DNA of 64,000 bases from an uncultured delta proteobacterium (GTDB taxonomy: Bacteria; Myxococcota; Kuafuiibacteriia; Kuafuiibacteriales; Kuafuiibacteriaceae): assembly GCA_963803435.1 (NCBI GenBank), contig CAWDML010000010.1, positions 1 through 64,000 on the forward strand, in the 5' to 3' direction. The translations under genes were made by a program, and so were the position numbers. Below the pieces are notes generated by a model. It had not been told where the DNA came from. It worked only from the letters and a program-made list of their open reading frames with translations, and made no database searches. This document shows, piece by piece, positions 48,440 to 60,081 of the stretch. Every line of letters begins with the position of its first letter. Positions within the stretch are counted from its first letter, which is position 1.

Positions 48440-51400
48440 ATGAAAGCGAACCGACTCCTCGTCGCGCTCGCGGCCTGCGCCGCCTGCTCGGGCGACCGAT
48501 CGCCCGTCCTGTCCAACCCGGCGCTGTCGAGCCCCGCCGCGCGACCGCTCGTCGCGGAGCCGCCGCCCCCGACACCGCCGCCGGACCGCAGCATCGACAT
48601 CTCCCACGTCGATCGGAAGAGCGTCGACGGGCTCGCCTTCACCGCAGCGCCGGCCGCGCCGGCGGAAGAACACCCGCGCGCGCCGGCCCCGAATCGAGCC
48701 GCTGTCTGCGGCGGACGTCGAAGCCCTGCTCGCGCGCCTCCCTCCGCTGGCGAGCCCGCCCGAGGACGAAAAGCCCTTTGCGCTGCACGAGGGTCCCAAG
48801 CCGCCGGAACGCACCGGCGCGACGGTGAAGGCGCCGTTCCCTCCGCCGGACTCGACCCGGGCTCCGCCGGACATCGCGGCGTCGCCGCTCGAGGTGCTCC
48901 GCGTGCAGCCTCAGGGCCCGGTCGCGATCGCCGGGCTGGTCTCGATCACCTTCTCCGCGCCGATGGTGCCGGTGGAGACCGACGAGGCCCTGAGCAGTGA
49001 GAAGGTACCGGCCCGCCTCGAGCCTGAGCCGCCCGGCCAGTGGCGCTGGGCAGGCACGCGGACGCTGCTCTTCGAGGCCAAGCCGCGCTTCCCGATGGCG
49101 ACCGAGTACACGCTCACCATCCCCGCCGGCGTACGCGCCGCGACCGGCGGCAAGCTCGCCGAGCCCCTGGTGTTTCACTTCACGACGCCGCCGCCGTCGG
49201 TCGTCAGCTTCTCGCCGGTGGGAGAGGGTGAGGCGCTCGATCCGATCCTCGAGGCCGTCTTCGATCAACGGATCGATCCGGAGCGCGTCCTCGCGACCGT
49301 ATCGGTCGAAGCGAGCGGACAGCGCACTCCGCTCGCGCTCGCTCCCACGGACTCCGCCTCGGATCGGACGCTCCGCTTCCGCGCCGTCCGGCCTCTCCCG
49401 AAGGACGCCAAGATCGAGGTGACGATCGGTCCCGGGACGCCCTCCGCCGAGGGCCCGCTCACCAGCACCACCCAGGTCGTGAAGACGTTCCACACCTTCG
49501 GCCCGTTCCGCTACCTCGAGCACGTCTGCGAGTGGGCCCGCGAGTGCCGTCCTGACTCGACGCTGGTGATCCGTTTCAACAACCCGATCGACGACGCTCG
49601 CGATCAGCGGGAGCGGATCTCCGTCTCACCTCGGCCCGAGGGGATGAAGATCGAGATCGAAGGCACGGACGTCCGCATCACCGGACCGCTCGCGCCCGAG
49701 GCCCGCTACCAGGTGACGGCCGGCGCCGATCTGACCGATGTGCACGGCCAGCGCCTCGGCCGTCCCCAGACGGTGACGTTCCAGCTGGCGCCGCCGCGGC
49801 CCATCGTCTACGCGCCGGGCGAACGCTTCGTGGTGCTGGACCCGGCCGCCCTCGACCACCCCACCTTCCCGCTCTACACGATGCGCCCGCCGAAGGTGCA
49901 GCTCAGGCTTCGCCGCGTCGAGCCCACGGACTGGTTCCAATACCTCCGCTGGGCCGAGGACGAGACCGGCGAGGAGAAGGTCGCGCCGCCGGGAAGGACC
50001 GTCGTCGATCGCGCGCTGGTGTTGAAGCGCGGACCCGGTCTCGCCGTCACCGCGATCGATCTCTCGCCGGCGCTCATCCACAAGCGCGGCAACGTCGTGC
50101 TCGAGGTGGAACCGATCGGCATCCCGCTCAAGGAGCGACGCAATCAGCGGCCCATCCGGCGCTGGATCCAGGTGACGGACCTGGGCCTCGACGCGGTCAT
50201 CGATCAGCAGGATCTCTACGCGTTCGTCACCACGCTGGCCGGTGGACGTCCGCTCGCGAACGCGCAGGTCTCCATCGTACCGGTCGGACCCACCGTCGCC
50301 ACCGATCCCACGGGCTACGCACGTCTGCCGCTCCCGGAGGCCGGCGGACCGACCTCCTCGCTCCTGGTGGCCAAGCTGGGCGATCGGATGGCGTTCCTCC
50401 CGGAGGCGCGCTGGCACCGCTCCGGCACCTCCTGGGTCGCCTCCCGGCAAGAGGACGGCTTTCGCTTCTTCATGTTCGACGACCGCGGCCTCTATCGGCC
50501 CGGCGAGACCGTGCGGTTCAAGGGTTGGGTCCGCCGGATCACGGGCGGGAAGACGAGCGACGTCGACTCGATCGGCGGTGAGGGGCCGATCCACTACGAG
50601 GTCAGGGACGCGCGCGGCAACGAGGTCGCCAAGGGAGACGCACCGCTGACGGCGCTGGGCGGCTTCACGTTCTCGGCAGTGTTGCCGAAGGACGTGAACC
50701 TGGGCTGGGGACGCGTCGAGATCCGCGCGAAGGCGCTCGGCACCGGCGCGAGCGGCTCCTACGCGTTCCAGGTCGAAGAGTTCCGCCGGCCCGAGTTCGA
50801 GGTGAGCACCGAGGTCGGCGAAGGACCTCACCTGGTGGGCGAGTGGGCTGAGCTCTCGGTGGCCGCGAAGTATTACTCCGGCGGTCCGCTCGGCGATGCC
50901 GGGGTCACGTGGGATCTGCGCGCCTCGCCGGCGTACTACGCGCCGCCGAACCGCGAGGACTACAGCTTCGGAATCTGGACGCCCTGGTGGGGCCACTACG
51001 ACTTCATCGATCGGACCGCGCGCCGCAGCATTCAGCACCTCGAGGGGAAGACGGGCCCGGACGGGGTCGAGCGGCTCCGGATCGAGCTGCTCGCCGCGAA
51101 CCCTCCGCGCGCGATGGCGATCTCCGCGTCGGCGTCCGTGATGGACGTGAACCGCCAGACGTGGGGCGCGGGCGCGTCGATCCTGGTGCACCCGGCGTCG
51201 GTCTACGTGGGCTTGAGGCCGGCCCGCGCGTTCTTCGTGCTCGGCGAGCCGATCGAGATCGAAGCGATCCGGGTCGACCTCGACGGCCGCGTCGCTCCGG
51301 GCGCGATCGAGATGACGGCCGCCCCGATCCGCGGCGGTGACGAGGCGCTCTGCAGCCGGAACGTCGAGCAGGACGCCCCGGTGACGTGCAGCTTTCCGGC

Positions 51401-54327
51401 GAACGCGGGAGGGCCCTGGCGGATCACCGCCCGCACCACCGACCCCCGAGGGCGGCCGAACCAGAGCGAGCGCGTCGTCTGGGTCGCAGGCGGGCCGGCG
51501 CCCCCGGCGACAGAGCTCTCGGAGGGGAACGTGGAGCTGATCCCCGATCGCGAGAGCTACGCGATCGGGGACGTCGCGGAGCTGATGGTGCGGACACCGT
51601 TTGCGCCGGCGGAGGCGCTGGTCACGCTGCGGCGGCAAGGCGTCCTGCGTGCGGAGCGGATCGAGTCTCCCCGAGGGTACCGCGGTGGTGAAGGTCCCGA
51701 TCGAAGAAGCGTACCTCCCGAACCTCGACGTCGAGATTGGTGCGGTGGGCGCCGCCGTGGGCAAGCCGGCCTACGCGTCGGGATCGATCGTGCTCCGGAT
51801 CCCCCCGCGCTCGAGGACGCTCTCGATCGAGGTGACGCCGGAGGATCCGATCGTCGTCCCCGGAGAGAAGACAGCAGTGCAGCTGTCGGTGAAGGACGCC
51901 GGCGGGAACGCGGTCGCAGGCGCGGAGGCGGCGGTGTTCGTGGTGGATGAGGCGGTGCTGGCGCTGGCGCGCTATCAGACGCCCGATCCGATCCCGACGT
52001 TCTATCCGACGCGCGGCGGCGGTACGACCGACCTCCACCTCCGCAGCGACATCGTGATTCCCCAACCGCCGAACCTGGAGATGTCCCAGCGCCTCTACCG
52101 ACTCGAGGACATCTCCCTCGAGGGGGCGAAGATGAAGAAGGCGGCGAGGGATGGCGAGCCGGCGCCGCCACCGCCCGCGCCGCCGGGCAAGCAGATCAAG
52201 GTGCGGACGAACTTCTCACCGCTGGCCGTGTTCGCGCCCGAGGTGAAGACGGGAGCGGACGGACGTGCGCGCGTCGAGCTCACGATGCCGGACAACCTGA
52301 CGCGCTATCGCATCGTGGCGGTGGCGGTGGAGGGCGGGAAACGGTTCGGCTCGGCGGAGAGCACGATGTCCGCCAAGAAGGCCTTGATGGTGAGGCCGTC
52401 GCCACCGCGATTCCTCAACTTCGGCGATCACTTCGAGCTCGCGGTGGTGGTGCATAACCAGACGAACCGCGAGGTGCCGACCGCCGTCTTCGCCCGGGCG
52501 AGCAACGCCACCATCGAGCGGGCCCAGGGCGTCCTGGTGCGGGTCCCGGCGCAGGATCGCGCGCTGGTCAGCTTTCCCGTAGCGGCCGGTCTTCCCGGGA
52601 CGGCGCGCTTCCAGATCGGGATCGCGGCGGGCGGCTTCGACGACGCGGCCGAGCTCTCGCTCCCGGTGTGGACGCCGGCGACCACCGAGGCCTTCGCGAC
52701 CTACGGCGAGCTCGATCAGGGCGCGGCGCGCCAGCCGATCGGGATCCCGAAGAACGTCGAGCCGAGCTTCGGCGCGCTCGAGGTCAGCGCCAGCTCGACC
52801 CAGCTGCAGGCCCTCACGGACGCGCTGATCTACCTGGCCGACTATCCGTTCGGGTGCTCCGAGCAGATCGCCTCTCGCGTGCTCGGGGTGGCGGCGCTGA
52901 AGGATGTGCTGGCCGCCTTCGAGTCGCCCCAGCTCCCGCCCGCCCCCGATCTCGAGGCCGCCGTCGGACGCGACGTGAAGCGCCTCGAGGAGCTCCAGAA
53001 CTGGGACGGAGGCTGGGGCTTCTGGAAGCGGGGCGATCCGTCGTGGCCGTTCAACTCGATCCACGCCATGCACGCGCTCATCCGCGCCCGCGACAAGGGC
53101 TTCGTCGTGCCGGACCAGATGATCGGGACCGGCCACCGCTACCTGCGATCGATCGCGCAACACGTGCCGAGCGAGTATCCGGACCCGGTGCGCGCGGTGA
53201 TCCAGGCGTACGCCCTCTACGTACGCGCGCTGATGGGCGACCTCGATCAGAACGCGGCCGTGGCGCTGATCGAGAAGAGCGGCGGCGCCGACAAGATGCC
53301 GCTCGAGGTCCTGGGCTTCCTCTATCCCGTGCTCTCCGACTCGAGCGCCCGCGTCGAGCTGGCGGCCCTCCGCCGCGCGATCGACAACCGCGCCAGCGAG
53401 ACCGCCGGCGCCGCCCACTTCGCGACCTCGTACCAGGAGGGCGGCGCCTACCTGGTGATGCACTCGGACCGCCGCGTCGACGGGCTCCTGCTCGAGGGTC
53501 TGATCCGCGACCAGCCGAAGAGCCCGCTGATCCCCAAGCTGGTGCGCGGTCTCCTCGCACACCGGACCAAGGGGCGCTGGTCGAACACGCAGGAGAACGC
53601 GTGGGTGCTGCTGGCGCTCGACCGCTACTTCTCGACCTACGAGAAGGCCACGCCCGACTTCACCGCCCGCGCCTGGGTGGGCGGCCGCTTCCTCGGCGAG
53701 CACCCCTTCCACGGGCGCACCACCGAGCGCTATGAGCTCCAGGTGCCGATGGCGAGCCTGATGGAGCTGGGCGGCGCGCAGGATCTGATCGTTTCAAAAG
53801 AAGGCCCGGGACGGCTCTACTACCGGCTCGGGCTGCGCTATGCGCCGGCCGATCTGAGGCTGGCCGCCAAGAGCCGCGGCTTCGAGGTGGAGCGCAGATA
53901 TGAGGCGATCGACCACCCCGGCGATGTTGTCCGCGATCCTGACGGCGCCTGGCGGATCGCAGCGGGCGCCCGGGTGCGAGTCCGGCTGACGATGACCACC
54001 CCCGGCCGCCGGTACCACGTGGCGCTGGTCGATCCGTTGCCTGCGGGCCTCGAGCCCCTCAACCCGGCGCTGGGGGCGAGCTCGGCCCCGGTCTCGGAGG
54101 GTCCCTGGTGGAGGGCGCGCTGGTACGGCTACCAGAACCTCCGCGATGACCGGGCCGAGGCGTTTTCGACCCTCCTGGACGCGGGAGTCCATGGCTATGC
54201 CTACGTGGCTCGGGCGACGACGGTGGGGACTTTCGTCGCTCCGCCGGCCCACGCGGAAGAAATGTACTCGCCCGAGACGTTTGGCCGGAGCCCCACGGAT
54301 CGCGTGATCGTGGAGGTGCGGCCGTGA
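48440..54327 (+). CDS. Bacterial alpha-2-macroglobulin lipoprotein; two frameshifts (~48690, ~51666), probably sequence errors
   Basis: DDRGLYRPGETV, VEEFRRPEFEV, VVDEAVLAL, MPDNLTRYR, thioester YPFGCSEQ, STQE-like SNTQEN, AEEMYSPETFG across ORFs 48440, 48825 and 51601. Confidence 0.9.
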
Positions 54328-54422
54328 GACCCCTTGGGGAGTCTGCTCGCCACTTCCCCAGGCGAAGGGACAAGTTGGCCCCGCTATTCAGCTGGGGCAT
54401 GGGCTTTGCTACGATCGGCGCG

Positions 54423-55217
54423 ATGCCTCGGGCGATCGTCGCGGTCGGTGTGGCTGTACTCTTCGGAGGTTGCGGCAAGGTTTCGTTCGGACCGCTCGGT
54501 GACGGGGGCGCGGACGTGGGTCCAGAGGACCTGGGGGTTCCGGACATGCCGGACGTCGGCATGCCCGACTACGGGCCACCTCCGGACGGGGGCGCCGATT
54601 GCAAGGCCGCCCCGCCGGCGCCGATGTATCCGGGGGCGTTCACGACCTGGCCCTTCGGCGAGCGCTCGCCCATCGAGAAGCGGGTCGTCTACACGAACCT
54701 CTTCTGGATGGACGCCAGCCGGACCGAGATGGGCTGTACCGCCCCCAACTGCCACGGGAACCGACCCGAGGAGAACGCGATGGCCGGGGCGCCGCTCTTT
54801 CCCGTCGACAGCACGCTCCTGAACTCGGACTACGACCGCGCGATCTCCGAGCTGTGGGACCGGATCAAGATGAGCAGCGACAACCCGCCGAGCGGCCCGC
54901 TCTTCGCGCACCTGAGAGACTACGGGACGCCCGACGCCAAGGCGAAGGAGTCGTGGACCGAGGGCAGCGTGGCCTTCGGTCCGAAGATCGAGTTCGTCCG
55001 CTCGATCCTCGACCGCGCGCAGCGTTGCGATCTCTACCAATGGATCGGGAGCTACAACGATCAGCTCTGCACCGCGACCTCATCGGGGACGCCGTCCATG
55101 GACGCCGGCGCCGGCAACCCGGACGACTGCTACTGCCCGACCGCGTTCGAGCCCGCCCGCGCCAGCCTTGGCGACACCACCGGGTTCTCGGATACCTGCC
55201 CGCTCCACATGAACTGA
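54423..55217 (+). CDS. Hypothetical lipoprotein with CxxxxCH motif
   Basis: Lipobox FGGC; GCTAPNCHG. Confidence 0.7.
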   Translation: MPRAIVAVGVAVLFGGCGKVSFGPLGDGGADVGPEDLGVPDMPDVGMPDYGPPPDGGADCKAAPPAPMYPGAFTTWPFGERSPIEKRVVYTNLFWMDASRTEMGCTAPNCHGNRPEENAMAGAPLFPVDSTLLNSDYDRAISELWDRIKMSSDNPPSGPLFAHLRDYGTPDAKAKESWTEGSVAFGPKIEFVRSILDRAQRCDLYQWIGSYNDQLCTATSSGTPSMDAGAGNPDDCYCPTAFEPARASLGDTTGFSDTCPLHMN

Positions 55218-55230
55218 GCGCAGGCGCGGA

Positions 55231-56217
55231 TCACTCCGCCTTGAGCGAGCGCCGCATCAGCTGTAGCACGACCTCGCGCGCCGACTTGTCCTCGTAGAGG
55301 ATCTTGTAGATCTCGTGGGTGATCGGCATCTCGACGCCCTCGCGGAGCGCCAGCTCGTGCGCGCTCTGCGCCGTCTTCACGCCCTCGGCGACCTGGCCCA
55401 GCTCCTCGATGATCTCCTTGAGCCGCTTGCCCTTGCCGAGCCCGATCCCCACGCGCCGATTCCTCGACAGATCGCCGGTGCAGGTCAGCACCAGATCGCC
55501 CATGCCTGCCAGCCCGGACAGCGTCAGTGGATCAGCGCCCATCTTCACCGCGCAGCGCGTGATCTCCGCCAGCCCGCGCGTGATCAGCGCGGCGCGCGTG
55601 TTCTGCCCCAACCCCAGCCCGTCCGCGCATCCGCAGGCGATCGCGATGACGTTCTTGAGCGAGCCGCCGAGCTCGAGGCCCACCACGTCCGTCGACACGT
55701 AGGCCCGCAGCCAGTCGCCGGACATCGCCTCCTGCGCCATCTTCGCCACCGCGTCGTCCGTCGAGCCGACGACCACGGCGGTGGGCTGATGCGCGGCGAC
55801 CTCCTTGGCGAACGAGGGCCCGGCGATGGCGCCGAAGGGGTGATCGGGCGTGATCTCCTGGAACACCTGGCTCATGAGCGCCAGGGTCCGGTTCTCGATC
55901 CCCTTCGAGGCACACAGGATCGGGATGCCGGCCGGCAGGTACGCCTTCGCCTCGCCCCAGACCGCGCGGGTGCTCTGCGAGGGGACCACCGAGACCACCA
56001 GGTCGGCGCCGTGGAGCGCCTCCTCGTACGAGCCGGTGGTGGCGAGGTTCTCGGGGAGCGTGAAGCCGGGGAGGTACTGCGCGTTCTCGTGCCCCTGGTT
56101 GAGCGCCTCGGCGTGCTCGGGCCGTCGCGCCCAGAGTGAGACGCCGTGTCCGACGTCCGCCATGCTCTTTGCGATCGCGGTGCCCCAGCTTCCGGCCCCG
56201 ATCACCGCGACCCTCAT
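55231..56217 (-). CDS. gpsA: NAD(P)H-dependent glycerol-3-phosphate dehydrogenase
   Basis: GAGSWGTA, SKGIE, GPSFAKEV, GGSLKNVIAIACG, GDLVLTCTGDLSRN. Confidence 0.97.
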   Translation of the reverse strand: MRVAVIGAGSWGTAIAKSMADVGHGVSLWARRPEHAEALNQGHENAQYLPGFTLPENLATTGSYEEALHGADLVVSVVPSQSTRAVWGEAKAYLPAGIPILCASKGIENRTLALMSQVFQEITPDHPFGAIAGPSFAKEVAAHQPTAVVVGSTDDAVAKMAQEAMSGDWLRAYVSTDVVGLELGGSLKNVIAIACGCADGLGLGQNTRAALITRGLAEITRCAVKMGADPLTLSGLAGMGDLVLTCTGDLSRNRRVGIGLGKGKRLKEIIEELGQVAEGVKTAQSAHELALREGVEMPITHEIYKILYEDKSAREVVLQLMRRSLKAE

Positions 56218-56242
56218 GCCTCGGTTGCTCACGGGCGAGACG

Positions 56243-56938
56243 CTACCACGGCGCCTGCAACGCTTCGACGAGACTCTCCACGATCCGGTGGGACGCCAGG
56301 TGCAGCTTCACGGCGTCGATCGACGGCTCCGCGCCCAGGTGAGGGAGCGGGACAAAGACGGGCGCGTCCGCGTGAAACGGGGGCGGTTCGCCCGGCACGA
56401 CCGCGTTGAGGAGCACGCCCGCGACTTGGATCGAGCGGGCGCGGCAGGTGGCCACCAGCGCCGCCGCGTCGTCGGGTGCGTCGGTCCGTCCCACCACCAG
56501 CACCGGCGCGTTCAGATGCAGCGCCAGGTCGATCGTGTGCTTGCCGTCCACCAGCGGAGTGGTCGCGGTGTGGGGTCCCTCGACCACCACCAGTGTCCCG
56601 AACTCTGCCGCCGCCTCGATCGCCGCCTTCAGATCGTCGAGCGTGAGCTCGATCCCCGCCTTCGCCGCGACCTCCGCCGGCGCACCCGCCGCCGCGAAGC
56701 GATAGGGCGTGGTCACCAGCGGCGGCACCGGGCCGCTCGACGAAGCCCTGAGCCCCATGCCGTCGCGACCGATCAGGTCGTGATTGTCGCCGTACGTGCA
56801 ACCCGTCTCGATGGGCGCGATGCCGATCGAACGGTGACCGAGCGAGCGAACCCGCTCCAGTATTCCGCGCGCGATCAACGTCTTGCCGACGCCGCGGGCA
56901 GCCCCGAGGATGACGATGGTCCTGCCGTCGGCCGACAT
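56243..56938 (-). CDS. bioD: Dethiobiotin synthase-like P-loop protein (divergent)
   Basis: GVGKTLI, PIETG, PYRF...AP..AA, VVVEG, GVLLN. Confidence 0.7.
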   Translation of the reverse strand: MSADGRTIVILGAARGVGKTLIARGILERVRSLGHRSIGIAPIETGCTYGDNHDLIGRDGMGLRASSSGPVPPLVTTPYRFAAAGAPAEVAAKAGIELTLDDLKAAIEAAAEFGTLVVVEGPHTATTPLVDGKHTIDLALHLNAPVLVVGRTDAPDDAAALVATCRARSIQVAGVLLNAVVPGEPPPFHADAPVFVPLPHLGAEPSIDAVKLHLASHRIVESLVEALQAPW

Positions 56939-57002
56939 CCGGTACCGACGATCCTTCCTCGGGAGCCGCAGGTCAAAACGTGATACGCAAAACTCGGCAG
57001 CG

Positions 57003-58157
57003 ATGGCGCTTCGAAACGTCCTCAGGCGCACCTTCGCGCGGGTGGGGAGCGCGCCGTTCATCGCCGGGAACCGGGTCGAGGTCCTCCTCGACGGCGGCCC
57101 CTTCTACCGCGGGTTGCTGGCGGCGATCGCAGGCGCCGAGCGCTACGTGTTCCTCGAGTCGTACATCGTCGCGGCCGACGGCACCGGCTGGCGCGTCGCC
57201 GAAGCGCTGGCCGAGCGGGCGCGCCACGGCGTCGAGGTAGCCTTCCTGATCGACGGCTACGGCTCGTTGATGCTCGATCCCGAGTACCTCACATTTCTCC
57301 GCGAGGCGGGCGTCAAGGTGCTGATCTTCCGCCCGGTGGTGCTCTTCGCGCGCCGGCTGCCGTTCTGGAGGCGCCGCAACCACCGCAAGCTGCTGGTGGT
57401 GGACGGCCGGATCGGTATCGTCGGCGGGATGAACATCTCGGACGACTACGCGGCCGTCGAGGACGGCGGGCGCGGGTGGCACGACTGCGCGGTGCGCGTG
57501 GAAGGCCCGGCGGTGGTGACCCTCGAGACCATGTTCCGCCGGCTGTGGAGCGAGTCGCGGGGCAGCGATCTCGAGTCGGTGTTCCGGGAGGGCCCCACGT
57601 TCCCCGAGGGGGACCAGGTTCGGTTCCTCGCCAACTTTGCGCGTCGCGATCGCTCCTTCATCCGGCGCGCCTACCTGCTGGCGTTTCTCGCGGCCGAGCG
57701 ATCGATCCGGATCATGAACGCGTACTTCATCCCGGATCGGGTGCTGCTGCGCTCCCTGATCCGGGCGGCGCGACGCGGCGTGAAGGTGGAGGTGATCGTC
57801 GCCGGAGCGACCGACGTCAAGTCGGCGCTGTACGCCACCCGCTCGCTCTACAGCAAGATGCTCAAGCAGGGCATCGAGCTGTACGAGTGGGAGGAGCGCG
57901 TGCTCCACGCGAAGATCGCGGTCGTCGACGGGACCTGGAGCACGATCGGATCGTCGAACCTCGACTACTTCAGCTCCTACCGGAACCTGGAGGTGAACGC
58001 AGGCTTGCTCGGCGATCGCATCGGTGGCCAGCTCGAGGATCAGTTCGACGTCGACCGCGCGCGCAGCCGGAAGATCGACTACGCCGCGTGGAAGAAGCGG
58101 CCGCTCTGGAGCAAGCTGGTCGAGTGGTTCTTCGGCCTCCTCCGTGCGCTCTTCTGA
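57003..58157 (+). CDS. clsB: Cardiolipin synthase / phospholipase D family, ClsB-like (no N-terminal TM)
   Basis: Two HKD motifs: NHRKLLVVDG and LHAKIAVVDG. Confidence 0.88.
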   Translation: MALRNVLRRTFARVGSAPFIAGNRVEVLLDGGPFYRGLLAAIAGAERYVFLESYIVAADGTGWRVAEALAERARHGVEVAFLIDGYGSLMLDPEYLTFLREAGVKVLIFRPVVLFARRLPFWRRRNHRKLLVVDGRIGIVGGMNISDDYAAVEDGGRGWHDCAVRVEGPAVVTLETMFRRLWSESRGSDLESVFREGPTFPEGDQVRFLANFARRDRSFIRRAYLLAFLAAERSIRIMNAYFIPDRVLLRSLIRAARRGVKVEVIVAGATDVKSALYATRSLYSKMLKQGIELYEWEERVLHAKIAVVDGTWSTIGSSNLDYFSSYRNLEVNAGLLGDRIGGQLEDQFDVDRARSRKIDYAAWKKRPLWSKLVEWFFGLLRALF

Positions 58158-58245
58158 CGATCCGGACGATTTGTTCGAAATCCGGACGACGGGACCCGAG
58201 ACTGCACCCGGCGCGCGTGGCCCGTCGCTTGCTCTCTCGCTGCGC

Positions 58246-58533
58246 ATGATTCCCGACCTTCTCGCGGAGCACGCCGGCGACGCCGCCACCTGTGCCGCCA
58301 TCACCGATCTCTTGGCCTCGGACGCGTACCTGGCGCTGCCCCCGGCCTTCCGCCGTCTGATCGTGGCCTACCTCGGCGCGTCCCGGCGGCGCGCCCGCCG
58401 GATGGCCTGGTCGCTCCGCTCGCTCCTCGACGAGCCCGGGTTCATCGCGGGGAGCCCGGGCACCCGGGCGGCGTGGATCTACCTGTTCGGCGAGGAGGTG
58501 CTGGGCGACGACGCCACCGAGGGCGCCTCGTGA
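58246..58533 (+). CDS. Small hypothetical protein
   Basis: 95-aa ORF with GC-rich third codon positions, co-directional between cls and the next gene. Confidence 0.5.
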   Translation: MIPDLLAEHAGDAATCAAITDLLASDAYLALPPAFRRLIVAYLGASRRRARRMAWSLRSLLDEPGFIAGSPGTRAAWIYLFGEEVLGDDATEGAS

Positions 58534-58569
58534 TCGCCGATCAACGGAATTCCGCCCTGGGCCCGCCCG

Positions 58570-59097
58570 TTGCCCGGTGTGGAGACGCCGGAATTGAGCA
58601 CGGATGCCCTCGTTCGACAGACCGCCCAACCCATCGGCCGCCCGAGGGAGTGGGCCCGTGACTTCTCGCTGATCGGCGGCGTCACCGGTGCGCTGGCACC
58701 GCTCCTCATCCAGGACCCGACCTACATCGCCGCCGCTGCCATCGCCGGGGCGGTCGCCGGCGCCGGGCTGGGCGCGTTCGTACCGAAGGTCCTCGCCCGC
58801 CTGGGTCACCTCAAGGTGCCGACGCTGATGTTCGGCGGCATGGCCGTCGGCGCGGTCTGGGGCGGCCTCGCGGGCGCCGTCGCCGGTCTCACCCTGCCGA
58901 ACCTCTTCTGGCTGAGCGTCTCGGTGGCCAGCATCGCCGGCGCGCTCCAGTTCGGATGGATCTGGCTCCCCTACCTGCTCCAAAAGATCAGCCGCAAGAA
59001 GACGTGGCCGCTGGTGGTGCTGGCGTTCGCCGCCGCGCCCCTGCTGGGCTGGGCCAGCGTCTGGGTGCTGCTGCTCCTCCAGTCGATCTTCGTCTGA
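58570..59097 (+). CDS. Hypothetical Gly-rich membrane protein
   Basis: Several hydrophobic helices with GxxxG patterns. Confidence 0.7.
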   Translation: MPGVETPELSTDALVRQTAQPIGRPREWARDFSLIGGVTGALAPLLIQDPTYIAAAAIAGAVAGAGLGAFVPKVLARLGHLKVPTLMFGGMAVGAVWGGLAGAVAGLTLPNLFWLSVSVASIAGALQFGWIWLPYLLQKISRKKTWPLVVLAFAAAPLLGWASVWVLLLLQSIFV

Positions 59098-59107
59098 GGC
59101 CCAGCGC

Positions 59108-60067
59108 TCACGCGGTCTTCCGCCGCTCCCACCACGCCGCCACCTCTTCCCGGTACAACCCCGCCATCAGCGCGGCCAGGCCGTAGGGGTTGGCGAGCTG
59201 CGTCGACCAGCAGCGCTCCAGCTCGTAGATCATCGCCTCGGCGGTGTCGTGGCGCTCCTTCGGCCGGCGGGAGAGCGCCCGCATGATCACCGCCTCCAGC
59301 TCCTTGGAGAGGTGCGGGTTCAGGCGCCGCGGCCGGGCGATCCGGACCTCGGCGATCTGCTCCATGAGCTCCTGATCGGTGCCGCCGAAGAACAGGCGCG
59401 AGCTGGTGAGCATCTCGTAGAGCACGACGCCGACGGCGAACAGATCGGCGCGCAGGTCGATCTCCTCTCCGAGCACCATCTCGGGCGCGAGGTAGCCGAT
59501 CTTCCCCAGGACCACGTTGGGGTTGAAGTTGCCGTACGCCTGGATGTGCATGGCGCCCAGATCGCCCAGGATCACGCGGCCGTCGAAGGAGAGGAAGATG
59601 TTGCTCGGCGTGATGTCGCGGTGGACCAGGCCGAGCTCGCGCCCGGTGCGCGCCTTCGCGGTGTGCAGCGCCGACAGCCCCTCGAGCACCTCGCTGATCA
59701 CCAGGAGGCCGAAGTCCTGCGGGATGGGGATCCGGCGGCTCTTGGCCCGCGCCAGCAGCTCCTGGAGCGTGCCGCCCTCGATCAGCTCCATCGCGATGTA
59801 GTAGCGGTTGTCGATCTCGCCGGCGTCGTAGGTCCGGATCAGGTTCGGGTGGTCGAGCAGGAGCGAGAGATCGGCCTCGTTGATGAACAGCTCCAGGATC
59901 TGCTCGTCGCTGCGGCGGTGCTCCTTGAGCAGCTTGAGCGCACAGTCGTACTCGTGATCGTCGTGGCGCGCGCGGAAGACGTGGCACATGCCGCCTTCCC
60001 CGAGTCGCTCGACGATCCGGTACTTGCCGAACCTCGCGAGCGTCTTGCGCAGATCGCTCGTCGCCAT
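59108..60067 (-). CDS. Ser/Thr protein kinase (kinase domain only)
   Basis: LGEGGM, ALKLL, HRDITPSN, DLG in place of DFG, GKIGYLAPE. Confidence 0.92.
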   Translation of the reverse strand: MATSDLRKTLARFGKYRIVERLGEGGMCHVFRARHDDHEYDCALKLLKEHRRSDEQILELFINEADLSLLLDHPNLIRTYDAGEIDNRYYIAMELIEGGTLQELLARAKSRRIPIPQDFGLLVISEVLEGLSALHTAKARTGRELGLVHRDITPSNIFLSFDGRVILGDLGAMHIQAYGNFNPNVVLGKIGYLAPEMVLGEEIDLRADLFAVGVVLYEMLTSSRLFFGGTDQELMEQIAEVRIARPRRLNPHLSKELEAVIMRALSRRPKERHDTAEAMIYELERCWSTQLANPYGLAALMAGLYREEVAAWWERRKTA

Positions 60068-60081
60068 CCCGAGAGATTACC

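Noticed and set aside
48680-51680. Programmed frameshifting or phase variation in the alpha-2-macroglobulin gene
   Set aside because: No slippery heptamer or long homopolymer at either site, and the contig shows indel errors elsewhere
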